Made by a program: the position numbers and the translations under genes | Origin: Candidatus Omnitrophota bacterium | GTDB lineage: Bacteria; Omnitrophota; Gorgyraeia; Gygaellales; Profunditerraquicolaceae | Length of the DNA stretch: 64,000 nucleotides | Assembly (NCBI GenBank): GCA_030650425.1 | Contig: JAUSED010000005.1 | Location: forward strand, 78,932 to 142,931 | Reading direction: 5' to 3' | Notes under the pieces: generated by a model | Databases searched by the model: none | What the model saw: the letters and a program-made list of their open reading frames with translations, nothing else | What the model was told of the DNA's origin: nothing | In this document: positions 12,001 through 24,000 of the stretch, piece by piece | How positions within the stretch are numbered: the first letter of the stretch is position 1 | Layout: each line of letters starts with the position of its first letter

Positions 12001-15000
12001 CTCTACCCGAAGGCATCCTTCTTTCAGACATCCTCTTTGCTATGAAGCAAAAACTAAGGGTGCCTATAGATCAGCCTTATTATGCTTTGCCTAATCCCGG
12101 AGTTTTAGCCTTAGTTAAGAAAGCCATAGAGTTGAATGAATTACCGCAGTATATAAATTTAGATGATTTAACTTCCAGAGTTAAGCGAAATTCCTTGGCT
12201 CCAAGTGAGTTAAAATTGCTGCAGAAAATTTTGGAAGGTAAAAAAATGAAACAAATACCGCCAAGCGAGTTAGGTTTAAATTCTAGAAATGGAACAGAAG
12301 AAGCCCGCTACTATTTAAAGAATAAAATGGGGCTAAAAGGCTTAAGGCTCAGTAGTTTGGAGATGCGCTGGGAAGCTATGCGTCAGGGGTATTTCTTGAG
12401 GACAGAGTGGTTGGTTTTAACCAAAGAAGGCAGGATCCTTCATCAACCTTGGCCATTAGAGGACACCTTAGTCCTGGTTGTAAAAGCGAGAACCAGATCC
12501 GGGAAACCCGCAGGTTTTTATGTTTTTTATCCAGATGCCTCTCTAAGTCAAAGAAAAAATTTATTCATTAATATCAAACCCTATTCTCGCCAATTTTCCG
12601 AAGAATTTAAAGAGTCTCTTAAGGGAGCCGCGCAATATGTTAAGTCTCAAAGGGGTTCCCTGAAGAAAAGCAAGAATATGAAAACCAAGGCCTATAATCA
12701 GTCTCATGTCTACTTAGCCGGCTATTTTTATCCCAAATACCTGAAAGAAGGGTTTTTTGCTATAGAAGCCTTTAGCCTGACGTTTAAAGAAATTAATTAT
12801 TTTGGCCCGGTAAAAGCCTCTTACCTGAGATTTATTTTAGAGAATTTAGGCTATGACTGTGCCTTCTTAAATGTTATTTTTGAAACCAAAGAATATTATC
12901 AAAAGATAAATTTGGATATTCCGGAATTTTTTAGAGATGGCGAAGCAGCGGGTTTTAAAGGGCTAAAGGCTTTCGAATATTGTTTAGAAGCGATAAAGGA
13001 ACGCGATCGGAAAAGAGAGGTTAACCCGTATATAATTGAAGGGCTTCTTTCACACAGCGGTTTTCGAGTTGGGTATTACGGGACATTATTTACAATTTAT
13101 AAATTTTGGAATAAGCACGGAGTAGATGTTATTGAAGAGTATCAATATGATGCTTATGATCCTTCTGAATTCAAACGCCTCCTTCGCCTCCTGCCGTTTG
13201 AGCTCCCTTCATTAAAACAGCGACAGGATAGAGCTTATTATCTTGAACGTATATTGAAAGAGGCTGGCAGCATTGAGGATGTCATCTATTTGCGGGTTGC
13301 CAATGGAGTAAACGGCGATGAAGAATTTGGAGTTATAGATATACCTCATGAAGCCTCTCAGGAAAAAGCAGTATTTTTAAACGAGATAGCTGAAAAATTA
13401 GGCTCTAAAGCTCACATATTATTGCAAGCAAGGGATTTATTTGGTAGCGAAGAACTTTCTCCCGAAGAAGAAAGAGAGCGTGATTCCTTGATTGAACAGA
13501 TTCAACAATTAGCGGGTATTGATAAGAAAGAGACGAGTGAAAATGATACAAATGGCGCAATTACAAGAAAGACAGATGAGCAAATTGGGATGAAAACATC
13601 AGTATGGACTGAAATTTCCAGCTCGCCGGTGGAAGAGGAAGATGCAAGGCAGCGCGCGGTTCAAGTTACAAAGAGCCTTATTAATGACTTAAACAAAGAT
13701 ATCCTAGAAAAAAATAAAGTCACGAGAGAATCTGTTAGAGTGCAATTTGCCGATAAAACAAAAGACGAGAAAATCGAGCTCAATTTCGGTACAAAATTGT
13801 TAAATTTTGTTTCATTAATGGAGATAGTGAATATTTCCCCAGCTATCAAGGCAAAGGCTTTGATCAATATAGCTAGTAAAGACAGGAAATTCATGTTGAT
13901 TTTTTATGCTCATCTGAGGGTTTATTTCTATGATAGTTATGAAGAGAAATGGTCTTCGGTTGAATTAAACGCGAACAGGCAAAAATTTGGCCCCGAAGCG
14001 CTGTTGAAGGATGAGGCGGTAAAAAGTTTTATAAATAATGTCCTTAGAGAGCGTTTTGCTCAATTAAAGAACTTCAGAAAAATTATTAAAACATATCCTC
14101 TTCAGGATTATAGCTTAAACGGAGGCATAAAGATCAGCCTTGATAATACGATCTTTGACCTTCCCAATAGCAAAGAGACAGGGCTTGGCAGAATTGTGAG
14201 AGAGAAAATAGGGATAGTCAGGGATAAAGGGGCGCGGGGGACGATATTTACCGCCTTGGTTGAAAAGGATTCGTTTGAAAAATCCGTTCCGCGCTATCTT
14301 TTATTTTTGTCCCTTGTCGACACAGTTGAGCTTTATAACCAAGGCGGGCTTATTACTGTATACCCCAAAGACGGAAAGTATTACGGCTATAGCGATGACA
14401 TCTACATCAATACCTTTCTTTTTTATATTGTTTCTAAACAAGAGCCGGCATGGAAGCGTGTAGTTCTGAAAAGAGGGTCGAACAAAATAGTTATCGGAAG
14501 CGATGCTGATGGCGGTTTCATAACACCGCCTAATTCCAATATGCGCTTAGATTCATTGGAATTCCATAAATACGGCCCAACGTATGTGGATGTTAAGAAG
14601 CTGATGGATAGTAAAGGCAATTTTATCGCAGGATTTGCCGGCGTCGGTAAAGGCCAATATTTGGTTAACGGCATAGGATGGCCTTTGAAAGATAAGAAAT
14701 CTCCTGTAATTATTTTTGAGGGCAAATTTTACCTTACTACTGTGGTTAGATGGTTATTGCAAAAGTATGGAGAAATTCCGGTTGCAGAGCCCTTGGAAAA
14801 AGCCATTAAAGCGATACCGTTAAGGATGCTCCAGACTAAAAATACCTTCTATAGATTAGAAAAGACGGCAGCTAAACGTACGGTTTATGATATGGAAACA
14901 GATCGATGGTTGAAGAAAGATGTCTGGAAGGTTTTTCCATATGATCAAGAAGACGAAGGCTTGGGGACATATACACTTAATGAAATTGTTAGTATTCTCG

Positions 15001-18000
15001 TAGAGAATATAAGCAAGTCTAATCCCAAGCATAATCATCTCTTAGATTTACGTCCAGCTATTCTAAGATACCTTCCTTGTGTCAAGGATCAAAAACGGCT
15101 CGAAGCAATCAAAGCTAATCTTAAGTTAGGCATTGGTGAAGTAAAGCAAGAATTAACTGAAGATGAGCTCATGCGAAAATGGATAGGAACCGCTATCCGT
15201 CGTTTAACCGAAGAAAGAGAAATAACCCCGGTTTCTTCTTTTAAATTACATGCCTTATTGGGGATTGAATATCGAGTGGCTACAAAAGCTGCCCGGCGTG
15301 AAATAGAATACTTAGAAGAGATCGGTTATCTCATTAGAAAGAAGGAAGGGAGCAATGAGTATGAGCTAAATAACACCCATTTAATTTTAATTGTAAAATC
15401 GTCGGTCAATTCATCGCCGTTAGCCGAAGGAGTGTCCCTTTGGGGAGCGTCCCCAATTAGAGTGATGGCCGCGGGCATTGCCCTTATCACCTATCTCCAC
15501 CTTGTATTATTTACTCCTGTTTTTGCCGCGGAGCAAGCTTTAAAAGCTCAGCCTCTAACGATTGCTAACCCGGTAGTCTCGCTCCAAAAAGCTATAACGG
15601 AGAAAACAATACAGCAAACAGGACTCGATCAATTAAAAGTAAAGAAGGCCGCTGATGAGATAAATAAGTATATTGAGGAGCATATTAGGAAGCATAAAAA
15701 AATAGATGAGAAAGAAATTAGCTGGATATTAGGAAAGATGGGAGTTAGTTTCGCGATTATTGATAAGATTATTGCTAATAAGGAGATAAAAGAGATTAAA
15801 ATTCTTCCCAAGTCTCCGGGGGAAGAGATAATAACCATAAAAGTGCCCCCTGTTTTGCTTCCCCAACAAACGTATATCGAGCCTGCCAAGCAAACGCCTC
15901 GTGAAGCAAAGGTAAAAAAACCAACGCCGAAACCAGCAGTTTCTATTAAGGGGGAAGCCGCCATAGCTACCATTCCGCCCGGCACAAAACTTTCGTTGGA
16001 TGACAAGAAAATCACGATTAACCACCTCGTAACTTTGACCAGAGGGCCCGCCGGTATAATAATTACCATAGAAATTCCTCAGTGGGATAAAAATAAGCCT
16101 AGCCGCAGTAAGCTACTGAGTACTTTCAGCGGCGCGATGTTTACCTTATTGCCATTTTTAGGTATCGAGACGAGCCAGACGAATATCGATACTTTTGTGA
16201 AGGTGGTAGCAAGCTGGAACGGAAAAGATAATCCTAATAAACTAAGCCCAAGAGAAAAAATTTCCTATCCTATCGGAGAAGAAAGGGCGGCTGATTTACT
16301 TAAGGCCTTAAAGCCTGCCGCGCAAAGAGAAAAAATAATTGAACCTCCGGTTAAACAGGAAGAACCTAAAGAACCTTCGCAGGAGCAGCCTGCGTTAGAA
16401 AAAGAAGAGCAGATACTGCCGGCTGATGAGGTTAAGCAGCTTTTGGATGGGTTGACAAACGACAAGAACAGGGAAAACAAAGAGAAGATTAAAGAGCTGG
16501 TTACAAAAGTGGAGCGGCTTAGCAAAGAAAGCAGGTTTGCGGATGTTCCCCCCGAACTCGTGCAGAACCTTTGGATTGTGGTTGGTAATTATTATCAAAA
16601 CATAGGAGACGCAGAGAACGCTATTCGTGCTTATAAGGAAGCTGTTGAAGTTGGTAAGAAATTAGCCAAGCCATCTACCGGTCCCTATTCTCTTTTGGCA
16701 CAGCTCTATAAATCCCAAGGCCAGAGCTACCTTAAAGAGGAGCTGGAAGCCCTAATTTCATATATTGAACTGGCGAAGAGGCAAGGCATAGCAACGCCTA
16801 CCGAGGAAAAAAGGCGTAAGGAAATAGAAGATCTGCTGCACGGACAAAAAGTTCAGGCTGACGCAGAGCAAATTATGCAATTGCTGACAGGGGCTTCTCA
16901 GGATGTTGAAAGAAGAGATAAGCCGGCTGCTTTGGATAAAGTTAATCAGGCCATAGGAATTATAAAAACAAACAATATGGTTTTCCCCGGCGCATGGCAG
17001 CTTGCCGGGGAGATTTATTATAAGTTAGGCGATCTTAATCAAGCCCGGGATGCTTTCGCAATCTCCGGAGAAACGCCCGAGGCAAAATATGGTTTGTTTT
17101 TGATCGGGTTCAAGCAAGGCAAATTAGACGAGGCCCTGCCTACTTTGGGAGCCGCGATTGAAATGGCTTCAGGAGATAATAAAGACGCCTATCAAAAAGC
17201 ATTGTATGCTGCCGCGGAAGAATTAGAGAAAAGCGGTAAGCCTGAGGCGAAAAAATATTTCGAACAGATTATTACTTTGGATTCCGGAAGAGCGGGAGAT
17301 GCGCAGGTTAGATTAGGGGATATTTATTATCAACAAGGAGATTTTAAGCAGGCCGCTAAGTTTTATGCGGATGCCTTAAAGAGCGATTCTAGCGATGCCC
17401 GAAACACAGCCAAGAGCCAGCTTGCGCGGATTAGCTATAGGAATTTTATGAGGAGTACTCTTCCTATGCTTTTTGTTGGTTTGGTTTTATTCATTATCGC
17501 AGGAATCTCTGCGGGTAGAAAATTCAAAAATAAATTCAAACAAACATTAGAAAAAAGAGGGATACCTGTTAGCCAAGAGGACTTGGAAGATGAAAAATTC
17601 CAGTTAGAGCAAATAATAGCCAAGCCTGAAGCCCAATGGGTCCGTAAAGCCCTGTTTCCTTGGGGAATGATCACCAGCATAAAAAATTCTTTGAGGAGAG
17701 AGAGGATTAGGGAATTAAATAAATATAGATTTGCGCGTGACGCCGGTTGCGGGGAAGAGGAGGTAAAGAGATTCGAGAGATTGATGGTTGTTTACCGGGT
17801 TACAGGAGAAAAAGGATGGGCAAAGATAATCCCCTATCGCGTTATAGGCTTTATAGGAGGCCTGTCTTATGCCGGAAAAGTGATCTTGCCTCCCGGAAAT
17901 CAGCCAGCCGCGAAAATAGTTCAACTTTATCTTGAGATTGAAGGAGTAGGGATAATATGCAGGCCCGCGACCGACTTTTATGTCGATGAGGCTAAGGCAA

Positions 18001-21000
18001 TTGAAGAACTTAAAAGAAGGCAAAACGCATCCGCGATTAAGCCTAGTTTCAGCTCGCCGGTGATACCGCCAGATCGAGGGACACAATGCTTAATTCCGGA
18101 GGAATCCTCTTCTCCAGCTATATTGCCGCCTCTAGCTCCGCAAGAGCCTCTTGTTTATAGCTTTCAAGGCAGAATAGCGTCAAAGACAGAAGCAAATAGG
18201 GCTACGATAATTCGTGATATGACGATCAATGGTGTTTTCGGATTTAAGCTGATTATAGAGGAATATCAACGCGCCAAAAAATATGATCTGCATATCAATG
18301 ATTCCGACAGTTACCCTATTGGCTGGGTAGAATGGGAGTTTAGAGATGAAGTGCCTTATATTATTTTCATCAAGAGAAGGTTTAGCTATAAAGGTAAAGG
18401 ATTATCAGAATTGTTGATGAGGATAACGTTAAAACATATAGAAAAAATTTATGGCCAAAGAGTAGAAGATACAATAGTTGATTCATTTGTTATTTTTTCT
18501 GAATCTAGCATTGCGCGTATAACCGGATTATTACAGCGCCTATGGTTTAGGGCAGCCAAGGAAGATAAAGAAGCGATAAAGTTCCTGAAGTATCTAAAAG
18601 GCCTCCCAGACCCTTTCAGAGTATCTTCAAGTTCTCCTCTGCCCGGAATTCCCGTAACTTCTTCTCCCACAATTTATTCCGAAGATAATCTAAATAATCT
18701 AAGGACACAATCCTTAATTTCAAGTTTTGGAATTAAGTATTGTGTCCCTGGAATTCCTGGAATTCGGGACAATTTAGAAGACAGAATAATCATATATGAT
18801 GTTAACGGAAGAACAAAGATTATGAAAAAAGATATTAGGGCTAGCATAGTTGACATAGATCAGTTGCACCTTACTTCGTCTCAGAATAGATTGAGCGGAG
18901 GCAGATTTGTTGGTTGCACAGCTTGCCTTTTCTGGGATAACAATGCAGGTATCCATGGGTTTCTACATTTATTTCCTGTTCTTACGGCTGCCGAAGATTC
19001 GATCAAAGGCATTATTCCCGCAATAATCAATAATTTTAAGTTTTGGGGAGGGGAAATAAATGATATTGGTTCAGCGCTTATTCTCGCGCAATGTTCACAA
19101 AAAAATATTGCCCAAGTTTTGTTAGAGCAATTAGGAAGAAATACGAAAGTGGTTTTCGAAAATTTAACTGCCGATCCATTCGCAATAAGAAAACAGGAAT
19201 ATATTAATCGTATTAGCATCGAAAGAAATTTATTCTCTATAGACTTGCCTAAAATTCCTAAGCCTTTAATCTTTTCTATGGTTGACAATAAAAATCAATT
19301 CGTTAGTTCGCCTGTTGCTTATATGCCCATATCATCCCGAGGCGCGAGAAGGCACGCGAGATTTTGGCTGTTAATTAGTGTCGCGGAAATGGCGGGATTG
19401 ATGGTTGTGGGTATTTTAAGCCTGAGGGCCATCGGCACAATCGCCTTAATTACTTTGAGCGTATCAGCTATGCTCTATCTTCAGGCAGGTATTTTAAAGA
19501 AATGGGAAGAAATCATTCTGTCTAATCCTATAAGGGCCGGGCCCTTGAAAAAAGTTGCTTATTTCTACCGCTGGTTAGATCGCGTTGAAATTAATCCTGT
19601 CATTCTTGACCAGCAAAAAGGGCTGAAGTTATACTTTTTGTTCCTTCCTCATGAAGTATTCCATAAACTGAATTTAAAGGTCATTAAAACCTTCCGATCA
19701 ATCTTTCCGAGTTACGGGAAGAAGCTATCCGACTCTAAAACTATAGACGCCTTAGATGAATTTGGCGCTTATTTATTAGGCGCCTTTATTCCCGTGATGA
19801 TTTTAACCTTGCCGTTTACCACCTGTATTATCCATGAATCGTATATAAGAAGGGCAGCGCGCACAAATCGTATGCTTGAGGCGCTAAGGGCATTTGACAG
19901 AAAATACGAACAATTGGGCATAGAAGAACTTAATGAGGAAGAGTTTGGAGAATTAGAGCGGGGTATCATTGAAGAGGTTTTAGATGCAAATGTTGATATG
20001 TATTTATGGAATGAGAATGAACCGGTAAATAGCCAGAAAGGCATTGATCTAGACGAAGAGGCGTGGCTGCGCGGTAGTATAGAGCAATATTTTAGCGTCA
20101 ATGATCCTGCCGCAAGGCAGACGATCTTAAATCTTCTTTTAGCAGAAGAGTCAGAATATGAAAGGAAAGGCGGGTTAGGCTGGCGTTGGTTATTTAAATA
20201 TGATTCTTTAGGGAAGCCGGTAGGATTGCTGGGCCTGCATATATTCGATAGAAATAAGCTTCCTCAAGGGGTTATTGCCGGCAGCCTGATTCAGGAAGAG
20301 TCACTATATGGAAAGGGTTATGTAAACGAGATATTGTTCTGGATAACGGATAAGGGAGACAACGGCTTAAGTATATTTAAGATTACAAATTGGCTTAAAA
20401 ATAAGGAAAAGAGGCATCCCAACTACATTATGGATGGGGATACTAATTATTTACTCTTCGCGTTGTCTGAAATTATGCACCGCATAGATGACAAACGGCG
20501 TATTCTTAGGGAGAAGAGCGAATTAAGAGAAGCGGGGATAAAAGATTTGTTAACCGGCGCTTATAACAGAAGGTATTTAGATGAAAGTTTACCCAAGTGG
20601 ATAAGCGAAGCAGAAAAATTTAAGTATTTTTTCAGCCTGTTAATGCTGGACATAGATTTTTTTAAGGGCGTTAATGATACCTACGGCCATCCCGCGGGGG
20701 ATGCCATCTTAAAAGGCATAAGCGAGGAAATTCAACGCACTATGCGAACGGATATATTCAGGCCTTCTGATGTTTCGTTCCGTTACGGAGGGGAGGAGTT
20801 TTGTGTTATTGCAACATCTAATCTTGAAGGGGCAAAGAAGCTGGCTGAAAATATAAGAAAAAATGTAGAAGGGCTTTCTTTTGTGCTGCCGGGAGTTAAA
20901 AAGCCTGTCAAAGTTACGGTAAGCATTGGGGTAACTGAATATAGGCCGGGTGATGATACCCTGGGCGCTTTGATAAAAAGGGCAGACCAGGCCCTATATA

Positions 21001-24000
21001 AAGCAAAAGAAAATGGCAGAAACAGGGTAGAGGCCTTCGCGGCCTCTTTAGTTAGTTCGCCTATTGAAGGCTCGCGCGCGGATTTTTATCGCCCTAAGGC
21101 GGACAATCATTTGCCTTCTATCCCCAAGGAGAGGGAAGAGGCAATTAGGGGAGAGTTAAAGGGAAATCAGCCGATAACTAATATTCAAAGGCAATTTGTT
21201 ATTGATGTATTGAATGAGGCTCAAGGTTTAGCGAGAGAAGACGTAGAAATTGTACGTTCATTGCGGGGAATAGCTTCTATAGAAATACGCGCAGGGCCTA
21301 TGCCTAACCTTTACGGAGCTATTTATGATAATATCTTATATTTAGACACACTATTTTTCCAATCCCGCCAACGAATAGATTTTCTTCTTACCTTAATTTA
21401 TCTAGCCGGAGCCAGGCTTGGCAGAAAACGCAGGCATAATGAAGCATTTGCCAAGAAATACGCGGCAAATATTCCCAATAATAACCAAACTATAGTTAGC
21501 AGGCCGGAGTTATTCTTAAAACCCGAAGAAGTAATCGTATATTTTAAGCGCGAAGGAGAGAACATTGATAAAATCCAAAAGAACTCTATCTGGCTGCAGT
21601 TACCGGATGAATTTAAGGATTTTACAGTATTGACCCCGGCTCAAGCCCTAACTGAAGGGCTTATTATATTAACGAATAATCCGCACCTAAAGGAGCGCCT
21701 GCAAAATAATATAATATCGCAGCCAGAACGCTATAGAGTGTCAATAGAAGGAAAAGTCAGCGAGGAGGATTTACGTTCTATGTTATCAGGCCGGTATGTA
21801 AAAGCGGCAAGAGGAGAGAATAGCGGAGCTAATAATACTGTGCATATGTGGAAGGTAAAGCCGGATAGCCTAGAGGTAAAAGAACGAAATAAGGATAACA
21901 CAATTTTGGAGATTTATTTTTCCAGAAGAGGGGAACGGGAGATTTTGGTATTATTCAAGAATTTCGGTTATTCAGTGAAAAACATAACCCGGACACAAAT
22001 AGGCCTAATTAGCCCGCAGGATTTGAAACCCGGCAGTTATCGCAGGCTAAAATGGAATGAAATACCGGCCATAGCCGGGCTTTATTTCAAAGATACTTTG
22101 TATGAGCGAAACTTAGCGGTAAAAGAGCAAAAATATGCCCTTGAAGAAACGCAGGATTATGAGGTTATCGACTTCTTATTGAATGATAAAAATGTGATAA
22201 GTGATGTTTTCCAGAATATTTTTATGAGGTTTGATTTGGCCGCCGATAACGGAGAGAGAGAAGATCTTTATTACATCAGGGAGGGGGGGTTTAAAAGAGT
22301 TTACAAAATAGTCTTAAGGTCGAAAAATAACATAGAAAGATTCGCGTTTTTCGTTAAGGTTGTTAAGGCTGATGTTGAAATGACCGATTCTGGTTATCGT
22401 TATGACGCGGAGTATGCTAAAAGGCTTGTTGAGACCGCGCGCTTAGCGCGGCCATTAGCGCGGCAGAAGGAGCTTGATTCCTATCCTCCCGTAGGCGGTT
22501 ATTATTGCGTAAAGGGTAAAAACGGAGAAACAAGGATTATTTTTACAGAGGGCATTATCCCCGCGGCAAACGCGCATTTAACCCCGGATAAGAGAAACCA
22601 GATACTGATCAGGACGTATCTTTTATACTATTATATTTTTGGGAAACAAATATTTTTTGCGGATTCTAAACCGGAGAATGTTATTATCCATCATAAATCC
22701 CAGATAGGATATAGAGGCACGCTTATCGATATGGATAATATTATCTTTAGCGAAATATCCCCAGCCCATCTTGTCCATAACCTGCTTTTATACGGTTTCA
22801 AAGCAAGCGACATTATAGAAGCCTTGATTAAATTCTTGGGCAATCAAGAAGCCCACGATTTCTTAAGGTCAATTATGTTTTTAGCCGCGCAGCCGCACAG
22901 CCAGATTATGATTCCTATAGTAGAAGCGTTTAAAGGTTATAGAGATAGAGGGATATTCCAAAAGGAGGTCAGCGGAAGTTTTAAGATTAAGCAGCCTATA
23001 AAAATAGCTATCAATGATAAAGAAGTGTTAGTACCGGAACGGACAACCCTTCTTGAGATTTTAAATGATTGCTACGTGGATATTAATACGATGGATGTTG
23101 AATTAAATGGAAATCTGCTATCGCTGGGCCCCGGGGCCTTATTGACAAGCGAAAAAAGGTCAAAATATAAAAATACTATTCTAATGAGTAACGACAAAAT
23201 AAAATTCTACAGGGAATCAAGAGTTCACAAGGCTATGCCTAATGAGGTTCCTAAATTTTACACCCCTGCTTTAAAAATAAAATTAAAGCTGCTTAAGGAA
23301 ATGGGGTTTGATGGGCAATTAAAGGCCATGTCAAAAGAATTAATTAAGTTTAATTCCGCGGTTATAGATAAGGCCGTTGTAACGCCGGAGGTTAAGTCTT
23401 TTAGGCTCGTCAGCGGTTCATTATTAAATAACTTTATGAGGTATCTCAAAAAACACAGAAACCATCCTTTTGAAGGCTTTAAGCCGGATATAATGCTGAA
23501 GAGGTTTGACGATATAGATTTTGAAAGGCCGCAAGAAAGAGACAAAATGAGGCCGGTGCTTCAAAAATTACTGGCAGGCTTAAAGGATTCAAATAATACA
23601 TTTGATAGGATTTTTAAAATGTCAGCCGAGGAAGCGCGCGGCAGCAGCCCGGCCATCCAGGGCTCAAAACAACAGGTTAAGATTAAGAAGACAAAAGAAT
23701 TTGAGGAAATTTTGAAAGGAATTGTTTCAAGCCCGATTGCTAAAGAAGAGTATTTAGCTGTAGTGGTTGAGAGGGGATTTTTTGTGCCGGAAGGAATAGA
23801 AATGATAGAAAAAAGCCTTGATAAAGGCATATTGCACCCCGGAACGAAGGTGAGTCCGCAAGATTTCGCTGAATTTATGGAAAATTTTCATCTTAATTCA
23901 GGATTAACCGCGGGCTTGAATAAAATCTCTCGGCTAGCCTATTGGCCAATAAGCGAGAGTAAAAAGATATTTTATTTACCCAAAGAGTTATGGATGCGGA

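Noticed and set aside
14260-14463. Short plus-strand ORFs in other phases (14260-14463 and 61408-61596).
   Set aside because: They overlap the giant frame out of phase and have hydrophobic, low-complexity products with no start context. They are most likely chance ORFs.
17715-18086. A region open in three frames: the giant frame, a 62-aa plus-strand ORF (17747-17935) and a codon-aligned 123-aa minus-strand ORF. This could have been a second antisense cassette like the TA module.
   Set aside because: Neither alternative product shows any family signature (W/C/Y/R-rich). There is no SD or promoter and there are no bracketing junction 12-mers. The local sequence is simply somewhat GC-richer, and the giant-frame peptide looks protein-like.
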